NCBI GenBank assembly: GCA_027001995.1
Contig: JALTLO010000043.1
Location: 1-62,895, forward strand
Reading direction: 5' to 3'
Length of the DNA: 62,895 bases
Source: Planctomycetota bacterium
Lineage (GTDB): Bacteria; Planctomycetota; GCA-002687715; DRQF01
In this document: positions 37,978-48,019 of the stretch, in pieces
Layout: every line of letters begins with the position of its first letter
Position numbering within the stretch: position 1 is the first letter of the stretch
Program-made: the position numbers and the translations under genes
Notes under the pieces: generated by a model
The model's input: the letters and a program-made list of their open reading frames with translations, nothing else
What the model was told of the DNA's origin: nothing
Database searches by the model: none

Positions 37978-39444
37978 TCAGAAGTTCCAGCGCAGGCCGA
38001 TGAGAGCAGAAGTGTTGTCAGGAAAAATATCGTAGAGCGATCGTCCAGTTCGGGCAGGCTCGAATCCTTGCACCTGGATGGTCAGGGTCAGGTCTTCGTC
38101 GATGAAGCGAAGCTGGCGTTTGAAGATGATTTCCCAGAGGATTTCGTCGCTCTCCAAGTCAAACAAAGCTCTGCCTTCTAAGGATGTACGAGAGAAGTCA
38201 TTGGCTTCCCAGAATAGGCGTACGATCAAGTCATTGCGAAAGGGCCGAAACTGACTCACGGCGTCAGTGGCACCTTCCTCCCGGGCGTACTCCAAAGTTA
38301 GGGTCAATTGATCCTGTTCCCTCAGAAGGTCATTGAATACGCGGTCGATTCCGAACACAAAGGAAAAATAGTTATCGGGTTCATCGAGAGGGGAGTTGTT
38401 AAAGGTGTAAGGGACCTTATAGATCATCTCCAACTTGAAAGTGATTTTGGCCAGGAATGATCCCATTGTATCTTCGTTAGGAACAGCCCGCATTCCCGCA
38501 CCGAAAGTCCAGGCACCATAGTAGGCCCCTTGGCCTATGGGTTGGTTGCCCCTCTTTAAGAAAAAACCAGGGAACTTCTCGGGACCTCGGGCCACCGCCC
38601 CTTGTATGTCGGCGTTCAGGAGGCTGGTGAAAATACTTGCTTGAAACCGAATAGCATAGAGACCTTCATCGAAGCCATCCGGATCAAAGCTACGATCGTC
38701 GTCGAAGGGCAACTTGGGTGAATTGAAGTTGAAGCGGTTGGCTTGAGTCGGAAAAGGAGTTTCACGAAAAACCGGAAGGGCATAGAGGGATAAGGTGGGC
38801 TCACCCCATGTTTCATTGCCATCCCAAAAAAGGCGCAATCTTATTCCTAACTCACCCAGTCGATCTGGGTCAAGGATGTCTGTCCTTAGGTCTCGCCGAT
38901 TTAGAATGTCAATAGGATTGTAAGTGTCGACGATGCCCCAGTTTTCGATGAACTGGCCCACCCGAAGGTCGAAACCATCGCCCTCGATCGTTACGTAGGC
39001 TTCTTTGGGTTCGAATTCCCTTACATCTTCATCAAGAAATCCAACGAACAAGCGGGGTCGGAAGAAAGCCGAGGTACTTTCGGTGAACTGAAAATTGAAT
39101 TCAAACTCCGAATTCAAACGCAAGTCTTCGTCGTTTCGCCCTTGGTTGCGGTCGGCAAAGTAGAAGCGAAACTCGACTTCTGCAAAGCCCTTCCAATCTC
39201 TCAGAAATGAAGTGCTTTCGCCATCCCCGTCGTTGTCTGCCCCTTCCAAGAGATCATCCAGGCCGTCATCGAGGAGCTCATCTTCTGCCTCCTCTTGAAG
39301 ATGAACACCTTCGATCAACCGCTCCATTTCATCTTCCGTTCCCGATTCAATTTGAGGGCTGGCTGCTTGGGCCATGGAACCACCAAGGGAGAAACACAAG
39401 AGCGCAAGGAAGAAAGCCTTCAGCAGTTGGGAGGCCACATTCAT
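37978..39444 (-). CDS. Outer-membrane beta-barrel protein associated with MMPL/LolA-like genes
   Basis: Signal peptide, acidic N-terminal tail, amphipathic strands (EAYVTI, FDLRVGQFIENWG, NPIDILN), C-terminal IGLRWNF. Confidence 0.75.
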   Translation of the reverse strand: MNVASQLLKAFFLALLCFSLGGSMAQAASPQIESGTEDEMERLIEGVHLQEEAEDELLDDGLDDLLEGADNDGDGESTSFLRDWKGFAEVEFRFYFADRNQGRNDEDLRLNSEFEFNFQFTESTSAFFRPRLFVGFLDEDVREFEPKEAYVTIEGDGFDLRVGQFIENWGIVDTYNPIDILNRRDLRTDILDPDRLGELGIRLRLFWDGNETWGEPTLSLYALPVFRETPFPTQANRFNFNSPKLPFDDDRSFDPDGFDEGLYAIRFQASIFTSLLNADIQGAVARGPEKFPGFFLKRGNQPIGQGAYYGAWTFGAGMRAVPNEDTMGSFLAKITFKLEMIYKVPYTFNNSPLDEPDNYFSFVFGIDRVFNDLLREQDQLTLTLEYAREEGATDAVSQFRPFRNDLIVRLFWEANDFSRTSLEGRALFDLESDEILWEIIFKRQLRFIDEDLTLTIQVQGFEPARTGRSLYDIFPDNTSALIGLRWNF

Positions 39445-40355
39445 CGCGCAAGAGCTCGCTTGGTGAAGGCTGCTGCCGTCAGGTTCTTCCGGGGCTTCTT
39501 CGTTTTGCGGCTGGTGTAGAGAGAAAGATTGACAAAGAAGCGATCAAGAGTCAGGAGGGTTGTTTTTTTGCTGCGTAGGTTTGCCATTTCGATTGTGGTT
39601 GCCCGCCAGAATCGTCCGTGCTTGAGTTTCCAGTCACGATTGTCTTTGGTTTTGAGATGTTGGCCAGCCAAGTTGAAGTAGTCGACTCGTTCTTGACGCC
39701 ATGTCTTGCGGTTCAGATAGACGTGGATATGAGAATAGCCGGTATCTGCATAGGTGGGAACGGCGTCTAACTTGAACACCTCCAGCTTCTTCCTGCCTCG
39801 CGTGATAGTGTCGTTCTTGAGGAAACGCCATTTGAACTCGCGGTAGTCCAAGTTCACCAAGTCTTCATAGGTAAACTCCGTGCCTTGGAAACTTGCCGTA
39901 TTATTGGCACCAGAGATGCGCCGAACACGTTTGTTTGATGGTAAGTAGAGCCAGTTGTCGTCAGAGCTTCCTGGGTTTTCAAACGTGAGCGCCTTGACAC
40001 CTTTGATCTCGCTGGGGGAAAGAAAGCCAATGAGGAATTTGTCGCCCTTAACAGCTCCTTCCAGGCTTCGACGAGAAAACGTTCTTTTGACAGAATCGCC
40101 TCCGGCATCCGTCAGTGTCATGCGACCTCGAGAAACTTCGTCCACCCAGCCTTGCTCGTAAAGGTCAGCGAATTTTGCCAACTGTTTGCCGTAAACTGCC
40201 GGTTCTTCAGTTGAGAAGGTTGGAGTCTTGGGGAAGGGCACCCCCGACTTGTTGACTGCCTTTTGCTCTTTCTTTACTTGCTGCCCTAGACTCACGGAAT
40301 GGGACAGAACGAAGGCCATGACTACCCAAAGGAGTGTTCTTGATTGATGTCTCAT
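39441..40355 (-). CDS. LolA-like outer-membrane lipoprotein-sorting family periplasmic protein
   Basis: FLSPSEIKG, DDNWLYLPSNKRVRRISG, SFQGTEFTYEDL; signal peptide; overlaps the barrel gene start. Confidence 0.88.
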   Translation of the reverse strand: MRHQSRTLLWVVMAFVLSHSVSLGQQVKKEQKAVNKSGVPFPKTPTFSTEEPAVYGKQLAKFADLYEQGWVDEVSRGRMTLTDAGGDSVKRTFSRRSLEGAVKGDKFLIGFLSPSEIKGVKALTFENPGSSDDNWLYLPSNKRVRRISGANNTASFQGTEFTYEDLVNLDYREFKWRFLKNDTITRGRKKLEVFKLDAVPTYADTGYSHIHVYLNRKTWRQERVDYFNLAGQHLKTKDNRDWKLKHGRFWRATTIEMANLRSKKTTLLTLDRFFVNLSLYTSRKTKKPRKNLTAAAFTKRALAR

Positions 40356-40367
40356 TGTTATTGGTCC

Positions 40368-43300
40368 TTAGACGTGTTGAAGAGTCGCATTCTTTGTTTC
40401 ATTTTCTGATTCGATCTCGTCGGCCTGTGAGTCCTTCTCCGGCAATAGGCTCAAAAGAACCGGGGCCACGATTAGGTCTGCTATGAGTGCCAAGCCAATC
40501 ATACCAACTGCCAAATATCCCATGATCTTGTTGGGAGTAAATTCGGACAAGGCCAAAGAGCAGAAACCTAACATGAGCACGATCGAAGTAAGGACGACGG
40601 CGGTTCCGCTTTCCTGAAACATGCGCACCAAGGCATGGCGGTTGCTCAGTCCCTGTTTCTTACCCCGAGCGAATTGTGTGAAGAAGTGGATCGTATCATC
40701 AACGCAAACTCCTAAGGCAATGGAAGAGACGAGGATAGCTGGACCATGGAGGGCAACGCCGAAGATACCAAAGAAACTCAAGGGAATTGCGATGGGCAGA
40801 ATGTTGGGCACGATGCTAATCACCGCCAAGCGCAATGACCGGAAAATGATGGCGATGAGGATTGTGATGGCCATGAGTGCGATGGACATGGAGGTCAAGA
40901 ACCCCTTGGAGAAGACATCCATAGTGCGAGCATTGAGAAGCATTTTCCCCGACAAAGTCATGTCAGCGGAATGCGGTATTTCGTCGCCATCCAGATGCAG
41001 AGTTGTTGTGAGTAGGGGGAACTCATCGAAAGCGATCTCTCGAATACGATTGAAGGCGGCGAGAAGAGTGAGAGTTGGCGCTTGAAGTAGGCGCCCCTGC
41101 ATTCGAAAGTGGGTACGATTGCCACTGAGTTGGGTCGAGAGGTTCTCGCCAGGCTTGGCCCCGTTTTCATATTGCAGGTAATATTGTGCAATGAGGTTCG
41201 AGCCAGTTTGGGCTGGAGTTAGTTGCCATTCTTCGGTCCATTCATCATAGCTAAGCCTGGGTTGACGAGCTTCTTCTTGAACGTCAGATTCATTGGGGAC
41301 GCGATAGGCCGCCGCCCTATTTTCGTTTTGAACTTGGTGCATCTTCCTCAGAACGTCGAGGGGACTGATGAGGTCGGTGAGTATGCGAACGGGTGAACCT
41401 TCTTTCTTTGACTCAGACCTTAGGCGATCCTCGAATGCTGCAACAGCCCCCAGAAAAGTGGGGTCCACACCAATCCGGCCACGATTGATGTCTTCTTCTT
41501 TCGAGGTGAGCAGAGCGAGTTCTTTTTGTTCTCCGTCAGACAGATTCTTGGACTCACCCTGGGCCGATAGAGCTGCTCTTAACTTGAGGTCCTCTAACTC
41601 TTGGCGCTCGTCGTCGCTGAGATCCGCCAGGGTTCTTTGGGATCTCGGCGCTTCGAAGACGATTTCAAGATCCCCCACGCCCCCCAGGTGATTCTCGATC
41701 CAGGTGAATTCTGACATGACCTTGTTGTCATCCGGGAACATGCCACGAAAGTCGGAATCGATTTCGATCCGAGAAACTCCGACAAGTGAAACAACGATGA
41801 CGATGCTCGAGAACGCAAGTATCTGTTTCCGCTTTCCAATCAGAAATGTGACGAGCTTTGTGGCCCGCTCTTCTGAAAAGAAGGTGGTCATGCCTGATGG
41901 TTTCTTTTGTTTGGGGTTCTTGTGGGGGACCAATGAAAGAATTGCTGGGACGATAGACATGGATAGCAGGTAGGCGAAAAGAGTTCCCAAGCCGGCGATA
42001 GTGCCAAGCATCCTCACGGGGAGAATCGTACTAACTGTCAAAGAGAAGAAGCCAATGGCCGTTGTGATGGACGTGAGGAGTACGGGGAGGGCATTCTTAC
42101 TCATGACTTCAATGATTAGATCGCTCTTGTATTCGTATTTTGATCTGAGGGCCATCCAAGCAGCGACCAAATGAATGGCATCCGCGATGCCGACGGCAGT
42201 CACCATGTTTGGAGCGATCATTGTCAGGTTATTGAAGAGGTTTCCTTGAGAAAGCGAAAAACCAACCATGCCGAAGATGGAGCCGAACACCACAGCTAGG
42301 GGTGCAAGAACTCCCACGACCTTTCGAAAGACGATGAGTAGGGAGACGGCGATGACCAGAAACATCAGGGGGATGAACTTCGCATCAGACATACCTACGT
42401 CTTCGAAATTTAGCTCGAAAGTAGGGACCCCTCCAACGCGATATTGATAGGTGCTGAGAGGGCTGGGCTTGAAGTCAGGGGGGGCCACTTCAGGGTTGCT
42501 CGGGTCTGTGCGGTCGATCCAACCTCCCGTGCCATCGGGGTCATAGGCGTGAAATTTACGGCGGTTATTGCCATGCTCATCCACCATGAAATTGCGGGTT
42601 GGATCGTTCAGTTCAAACAGAAGTGCCTTTTTCTTTTCACCGGGTTCGAGGCTGTTGATCCAATCTTGCAAACCTGCGCGCTCGGCTGTCGGTGGGGCCG
42701 TCCCCGCCTCAAGGCGCAAGAAATGTGCGATGCCTCGAAGAGCCGCCTGTTGAAATTTTGTCGAGTACAGGTTGGACGCAAGCTCATGGCTCATGAGTTC
42801 GGGTATGTCCACCCCAGCGGATGCGTCTTTGGGTCGACGAATCTGCAATTGGATGGCTGCCACCGTGCCACTCTCATTGATGATCGTGCCCAGGAGCCTG
42901 GGCTCGCCGATGTAGTCATCGAAGTTGGCTTGTTCTCCGAGGACCTCCAGCACTGCGGCCTTTCCGACTTTCTTAGCGGTTCGAGAAGCGCCGAGTACGG
43001 CAATCATGCGTTCGATGACATCGTGACGGCTGTAGCCGAGGGGATCCCCTTCGAAGAGGTCAGAAATAATGAGACCATCTTCTGCCCCGGTATCGTCTTC
43101 GATTCTGCCCCAGCGAATCCAAGGATTGACGGTGAGGCTGCGAACATGTCTCACCCCAGGAATCGTCATGAATTGTTGGGAGAGTCGGGCAATGGCAGAC
43201 AGGGAATTGGGGCTAAAGACTCCGAAAGGGTGATCATCCTCTTTGAAAGCCACCATGACGAAATCTTCTGATACGAAGCGATCTTCGATTTGATTGTAGG

Positions 43301-43544
43301 TGCCAACCGCAGGATCTGCCTCGTCGAACCAGATATCCATGCGCGAATCAAAGACGGTTGGGGGTTGCTCCTTCAGTCCGTTGGAGACATCCCCAATGCG
43401 AGTCAAGCCCTCATCGAAACTGCTGACAGTGGCAGCACCCCTGGCGAAGAAGCCAATGACAAGAGCCAGGACAAAAATGCTGGTGACGAAACGGTAGCGA
43501 TAGGTGAATCTTGCCGCAATGAGGGACGGATTTCCGTCAGACAT
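40368..43544 (-). CDS. MMPL/RND family transporter
   Basis: Two TM bundles with AVGIADAIH and LGVCVDDTIHF, PVLLTSITTAIGF; two large periplasmic loops with insertions. Confidence 0.92.
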   Translation of the reverse strand: MSDGNPSLIAARFTYRYRFVTSIFVLALVIGFFARGAATVSSFDEGLTRIGDVSNGLKEQPPTVFDSRMDIWFDEADPAVGTYNQIEDRFVSEDFVMVAFKEDDHPFGVFSPNSLSAIARLSQQFMTIPGVRHVRSLTVNPWIRWGRIEDDTGAEDGLIISDLFEGDPLGYSRHDVIERMIAVLGASRTAKKVGKAAVLEVLGEQANFDDYIGEPRLLGTIINESGTVAAIQLQIRRPKDASAGVDIPELMSHELASNLYSTKFQQAALRGIAHFLRLEAGTAPPTAERAGLQDWINSLEPGEKKKALLFELNDPTRNFMVDEHGNNRRKFHAYDPDGTGGWIDRTDPSNPEVAPPDFKPSPLSTYQYRVGGVPTFELNFEDVGMSDAKFIPLMFLVIAVSLLIVFRKVVGVLAPLAVVFGSIFGMVGFSLSQGNLFNNLTMIAPNMVTAVGIADAIHLVAAWMALRSKYEYKSDLIIEVMSKNALPVLLTSITTAIGFFSLTVSTILPVRMLGTIAGLGTLFAYLLSMSIVPAILSLVPHKNPKQKKPSGMTTFFSEERATKLVTFLIGKRKQILAFSSIVIVVSLVGVSRIEIDSDFRGMFPDDNKVMSEFTWIENHLGGVGDLEIVFEAPRSQRTLADLSDDERQELEDLKLRAALSAQGESKNLSDGEQKELALLTSKEEDINRGRIGVDPTFLGAVAAFEDRLRSESKKEGSPVRILTDLISPLDVLRKMHQVQNENRAAAYRVPNESDVQEEARQPRLSYDEWTEEWQLTPAQTGSNLIAQYYLQYENGAKPGENLSTQLSGNRTHFRMQGRLLQAPTLTLLAAFNRIREIAFDEFPLLTTTLHLDGDEIPHSADMTLSGKMLLNARTMDVFSKGFLTSMSIALMAITILIAIIFRSLRLAVISIVPNILPIAIPLSFFGIFGVALHGPAILVSSIALGVCVDDTIHFFTQFARGKKQGLSNRHALVRMFQESGTAVVLTSIVLMLGFCSLALSEFTPNKIMGYLAVGMIGLALIADLIVAPVLLSLLPEKDSQADEIESENETKNATLQHV

Positions 43545-43584
43545 GGTTGAGCCTCTTCTCTTGGCCGGTTCTTATTTTCGTCGT

Positions 43585-43602
43585 CTTGACCGAGTGGTCA
43601 AG
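43585..43602. promoter_or_regulatory. TetR-type operator 1
   Basis: Perfect-arm palindrome CTTGACC-GAGT-GGTCAAG, 40 nt upstream of the MMPL start. Confidence 0.75.
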
Positions 43603-43712
43603 GATTTGTTAATAAATGTGCGCTGCGGCGCCCAACCTCGCGCGCTTTGTGGTCCACGAGACCTCAGTGCCTTGGTTGGACAGCATCTTCAGCACGACGG
43701 ACAATAGTGCCA

Positions 43713-43730
43713 ACTGACCGGTCAGTCAAG
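43713..43730. promoter_or_regulatory. TetR-type operator 2
   Basis: ACTGACC-GGTC-AGTCAAG, a close match to operator 1 (contains the perfect palindrome ACTGACCGGTCAGT), ~40 nt upstream of tetR. Confidence 0.7.
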
Positions 43731-43772
43731 AGTCTGGCCTAAATAGTGGAAAGATTTCCGGGAGCCTTCGGT

Positions 43773-44357
43773 ATGAGTAGCAAAGAACGATTGATTGCTG
43801 CGGCCACAAAGCTCTTCTACCGGAAGGGGTTTTCCGCTGTGGGCACCAAGGAGATCTGCCAGGAGGCGGAAGTGAACAAAGGAACCTTTTATCACTTCTT
43901 TCCATCCAAGGTCTCTTTAGCCCGAGAGGCCCTCACCCATTACTCGATGCTGATGGCCGAGAAGCAGATGCATGTGTTGGCCACCCCAGTTTCGGCTCGC
44001 GAGAAGTTGGATCTCATCTGTGAGTCTTTCTTGGCGGCAAATCAGGAACTTGCTGAAGATCCAGACAATATCCATGGTTGTTTGCTGGGAAACATTGCCT
44101 TGGAGGTGGCTCAAGCTGACGCCAGTATGGGTGAACACGTCAACCAGTTGATGCAGCATAGTTGTTCGGGGATGGCCATCTTGGTGAAAGAGCTGATTGC
44201 CGAGTTCAAAATCGAAGACGCTGTAGACCCGGAAGAGGGTGCCAAACGGATCATGGCCTACGTCGAAGGCTGTTTGATGTTCGCCAAGGCCCACAATGAC
44301 ATTGAAGAACTACGAAGCCGGATGGACGGCTGCATTTCCTTACTTCGCCGACCCTAA
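43773..44357 (+). CDS. TetR/AcrR family regulator (NemR-like C-terminal domain)
   Basis: HTH LFYRKGFSAVGTKEICQEAEVNKGTFYHFFPSK; GCLLGNIALE; GGAG RBS before ATG 43773. Confidence 0.93.
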   Translation: MSSKERLIAAATKLFYRKGFSAVGTKEICQEAEVNKGTFYHFFPSKVSLAREALTHYSMLMAEKQMHVLATPVSAREKLDLICESFLAANQELAEDPDNIHGCLLGNIALEVAQADASMGEHVNQLMQHSCSGMAILVKELIAEFKIEDAVDPEEGAKRIMAYVEGCLMFAKAHNDIEELRSRMDGCISLLRRP

Positions 44358-44568
44358 GAATAATTCACGACCACGTGGTCCCATGAACTAAGAGAAGATC
44401 TCAGAGATTATCCACGTGAGGTCGTAATCCTGGTTATGATTGCGGACACTCTGCTACTCCTGGCTGTGTTGTGTTCTGAAAAGAAGTCCTAAGTAAGCAT
44501 TGTTGTTCATAGCCTTCTTTGCGGGGCATTTTCTCACACAACGATCTCGCTCTCATGAATGAATCGAC

Positions 44569-47500
44569 CTAAGATGGCTTGCTCCCTGGCACTCCTGCGC
44601 TCTGACGAATCTTCCGGGCGGCTTGGTCACGGTTCTCTTTGATCTCAGCTGCTGATTGCTTCCATGCGGCGTCTCGGTCAGCAATCTCTTGGCTTAAGAG
44701 CTTTTTCAACGACGAGGACGTTTCTCCTGGCCAAGCACTCTCTTGTTCGAGAAGTCGTGCCAACGTGTAAGCCGCCGCCAAATTGCTGGCTCGTTCGGGA
44801 CTCGTCTTGCCTTTTGGCAGGGTCTCGAAACGTTCAGCTAGCTCCTTCAGTCTTTTCGACTGTTCTTCACTTAGTTTCTTCGAGCCGATCTCGGAGCGTA
44901 ATTGGCAGACTTGGATCAGGATGTGATCTTCGCTTTGGCCGGCAGTTCCGGCGACCAAAGGCTCGGTGAATTGCTGAATGTGCTGGAAGAAGGGGCTCTT
45001 TCTTCCTTCAAGGCAAAGCAGGAATCCGGTGGCCATGGGTGTGTCCTTGGCCGCCAGCAAAGTCGCCAACATCAAGAAGATGCGGTCTTCCTTTGGGGCC
45101 ACATCTAAGAGGTTCTGGAAGACATGGATCGCTTCATCCAACTGCTGAGCGTGAATGAGAGCCGAACCATAGTTCAGATTGGCTTGGATGTCTGTGGGAT
45201 AAAAAATGATGGCTTGCTTTCCAGCTTCAAGGGCTTTTGGGAGATCGCCTAAACCCTCGTAAACCAGTGTCAAATGAACCCATGCCATGTGGGCTGTTGG
45301 ATTGCTCTTGAGGGCCGCTTGGTAGGAAGTCAGAGCTTTGGCGAATCGATTCGCCCTGAGGTGAATCGTGCCAATACCTTCATGTACGATGGACAGTGAA
45401 GGTTGGAGTTCCGCGGCCTTTTCGAACGCCGATAAACCCTCGGCGTCTTTTCCTTGTGCCAAGTAGATTGCACCCAAGGTGTAGTGGCATTCAGGATAGT
45501 CTGGCTTCAGTTTGAGGGCTGCTTGTGCCGCATCTTTTGCTTCTTCCAAGCGCCCCAGGTCTTTGAGGCATGTTGCTCGGTTGTGCATAGCAAAGGGGAA
45601 ATTGGGGCGTAGACGAATCGCCTGGTCGAGGGAGGCCAGGGCTTCCTTGCTTTTCCCAAGCTTTTGCTGGACCGCGGCATGGTTGACCCAAACACCTGGG
45701 TCGGTCTTGTCCAATTCGATAGATCGTTTGCTGATGGACAGGGCGGCTTGGTATTCCTCTTGCTCGATAAGGACGCTGGCATAGTTGCGGTAGGCCACGC
45801 CTAAATTGGGTTCATCTGCAATCAGACTTTTGTAGGCGGCCACCGCTTGTTCTTCCTTACCAGCATCAGCGTAGGCAGTTGCCAGATGGACACGAAGGAA
45901 GGGGTTTTGGGGCAGCCTGGCATGGGCTTCTTCTGCGCTCTTGAGGGCCAAGTCCGTCAGCCCAGCGCGTCGAAGATGCACGGAATATCGTCCCAGTTGA
46001 AGTGGTGTGAGTTCACCCATGAGACTCTTGGCCTTGCTGGCGTAGGCCAAAGCTGCGCGGAAGTCCTGTATGCGCGTTGCCTGCTCTGCCGCAACCCAGG
46101 CCAGGGCTGGTTGGTTTGCTCCTGATTCCATAAGTCGCTCTAACCGTTGCAAGGATGCCAAGGATCGACCGCGCATAGAAAGCAGCATCACCTCAAACAT
46201 GCCGCGCAGGTGACTCTGAGGTTCTTCTTTGGCTAGGGCATCGGAATCAAGGTTGAAGGTGGCTAAGTAAACCTTCCCTTGGGGCAGCTTAGCTAATTCT
46301 TCTCGTGCTTTGTTCTGGCGACCTTGTTTGCTGTAGGCCAGTGCCAGCCAAACGTGAGGAGAAGTGTCTGCTGGCCTTCTCTTGACGAGGTTTTTGAGGA
46401 ACTTCACAGCCATGTGCCCTTGAGGATCGCTGTCGTCGTCTAACAGAATCGTCCGAGCCTTTTCATCGTCCTCCAAGGCAGCGATGCGGGATTCCAAGTC
46501 CGATTGCCATGTACTTTCCTTGGCGATCTGCCGGCCAGCGACTAGGGCAGAGCGGGCAGCCCTCAGTCTTCCTTCGGTCACTTCTGATTTGATTTGGGTG
46601 CGGGCCTGCTCCAATGCGGCGCCGATTTTCTCTTGGTCTTTCGCCCGAGAAGTCAACAGAGCGGCGATGGTTGGCAGGATGACTATCAGCGCCAAAATGA
46701 GTGTTGCCAAAGCGGGACGCCGTCGAGCCATCTTGACAGTTTTCTCCACGATTCCCACAGGCCGGGCATGGATGGGGCGGATTTCCATAAGGGCGCGCAA
46801 GTCTTCCGCCAGAGCCGAAGCTGATGCGTAGCGTTTTTCGGTTTGCTTCGCTAAGGCAGTTTCAATGATTGTTTGTAAGTCTTTGGGAGCATGGGGGAGG
46901 TACTTTCTGAGTTGAGGGGGTTCGTCTTCAAGGATTGAACGGTAGAGAGCATCTCGAGTGGCGCCGTCGAATGGCCGAATTCCCGTAACCATTTCGAATA
47001 GCATCACGCCCATAGCCCAGATATCGACCCGATGGTCCGCACGATTCGTTTCCCCGCGAATTTGCTCCGGTGCCATGTAGTAAGGGGTGCCCAGGACGTC
47101 GCCCGATTGAGTTAAAGCGACCCCGTCTCCGTCTTGTAAATCGACTGCCAAACCGAAGTCCAAAACCACCGGCTCCCGTTGTTCATTGACGATGATATTC
47201 CCTGGCTTGAGATCGCGATGAACGACGCCGGCATCGTGGGCCACTTGTAGCGCTTTGGCTACTGTCTCGAGTGTTGTGAGTTTGGCTGCCAACTCTGATG
47301 GCATACCACCGACAGTGCGGCTGGAGATTGAGCTGGATAACCGTGACATCGATTCGTCGCTTCGGAGCATCTCATCAAGACCGTCTCCGACGATATGGCG
47401 CATGGCAATCCAGTGCTTACCATCGGTTTCTCCGACCCTCAGCACGCCGCAGATATTGGGGTGATCTAAGCGAGAGGCTACTTCTGCCTCGCGTTTGAAT

Positions 47501-47811
47501 CGAGCTAACATGGCGGGTGCTGTTCCGAACGTCGGCGGCAAGACCTTGAGAGCAACTTGTCGTTTGAGATCTTGGTCTTCGGCCAGATAGACAATGCCCA
47601 TGCCGCCTCGTCCCAGTTCTTTGATGATGCGATAGGGGCCCAAGCGGAATTCGCTTCCCACCTGGGTCTTGAAGAGAGAGGAGTCACCTTCTGACAGCGC
47701 ATCGGCTTCACGAGAAACGAACTCGGTTTTATCGTTTTCGTGGGTAGAAAACTCTGGGGGGGTGTCGTCGGAATTGTGTGAACTCAAAGAGGCGCTCCCG
47801 GTCAATAACAA
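44569..47811 (-). CDS. Membrane-spanning Ser/Thr protein kinase with C-terminal TPR array
   Basis: GRGGMG, VALK, HRDLKPGN, DFG, GTPYYMAPE; TM ALATLILALIVILPTIAALL; about ten TPR-like repeats. Start uncertain. Confidence 0.93.
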   Translation of the reverse strand: MLLTGSASLSSHNSDDTPPEFSTHENDKTEFVSREADALSEGDSSLFKTQVGSEFRLGPYRIIKELGRGGMGIVYLAEDQDLKRQVALKVLPPTFGTAPAMLARFKREAEVASRLDHPNICGVLRVGETDGKHWIAMRHIVGDGLDEMLRSDESMSRLSSSISSRTVGGMPSELAAKLTTLETVAKALQVAHDAGVVHRDLKPGNIIVNEQREPVVLDFGLAVDLQDGDGVALTQSGDVLGTPYYMAPEQIRGETNRADHRVDIWAMGVMLFEMVTGIRPFDGATRDALYRSILEDEPPQLRKYLPHAPKDLQTIIETALAKQTEKRYASASALAEDLRALMEIRPIHARPVGIVEKTVKMARRRPALATLILALIVILPTIAALLTSRAKDQEKIGAALEQARTQIKSEVTEGRLRAARSALVAGRQIAKESTWQSDLESRIAALEDDEKARTILLDDDSDPQGHMAVKFLKNLVKRRPADTSPHVWLALAYSKQGRQNKAREELAKLPQGKVYLATFNLDSDALAKEEPQSHLRGMFEVMLLSMRGRSLASLQRLERLMESGANQPALAWVAAEQATRIQDFRAALAYASKAKSLMGELTPLQLGRYSVHLRRAGLTDLALKSAEEAHARLPQNPFLRVHLATAYADAGKEEQAVAAYKSLIADEPNLGVAYRNYASVLIEQEEYQAALSISKRSIELDKTDPGVWVNHAAVQQKLGKSKEALASLDQAIRLRPNFPFAMHNRATCLKDLGRLEEAKDAAQAALKLKPDYPECHYTLGAIYLAQGKDAEGLSAFEKAAELQPSLSIVHEGIGTIHLRANRFAKALTSYQAALKSNPTAHMAWVHLTLVYEGLGDLPKALEAGKQAIIFYPTDIQANLNYGSALIHAQQLDEAIHVFQNLLDVAPKEDRIFLMLATLLAAKDTPMATGFLLCLEGRKSPFFQHIQQFTEPLVAGTAGQSEDHILIQVCQLRSEIGSKKLSEEQSKRLKELAERFETLPKGKTSPERASNLAAAYTLARLLEQESAWPGETSSSLKKLLSQEIADRDAAWKQSAAEIKENRDQAARKIRQSAGVPGSKPS

Positions 47812-47949
47812 TTGTTCATAGATTATCGGTGAAGCGACCAGTAAATGCCACGAAACACAAAATTCCCATGTCGGTTTTTTCAGTGGTAGGCCGAATTACT
47901 TTAAGAAGTCCTTTGTCAGTTAGCCGGGATCGGCAATGACTGTCTGTGC

Positions 47950-47990
47950 AAAAGAAAAAGAGCCACCAGCACTGTCGGCTGATGGCTCTT
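47950..47990 (-). terminator. Intrinsic terminator of the oxidoreductase operon
   Basis: Minus strand AAGAGCCATCAGC-CGACAGT-GCTGGTGGCTCTT followed by TTTCTTTT. Confidence 0.85.
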
Positions 47991-48019
47991 GGGTTTTCTT
48001 GCGGTGGCCTTACTTGGTG

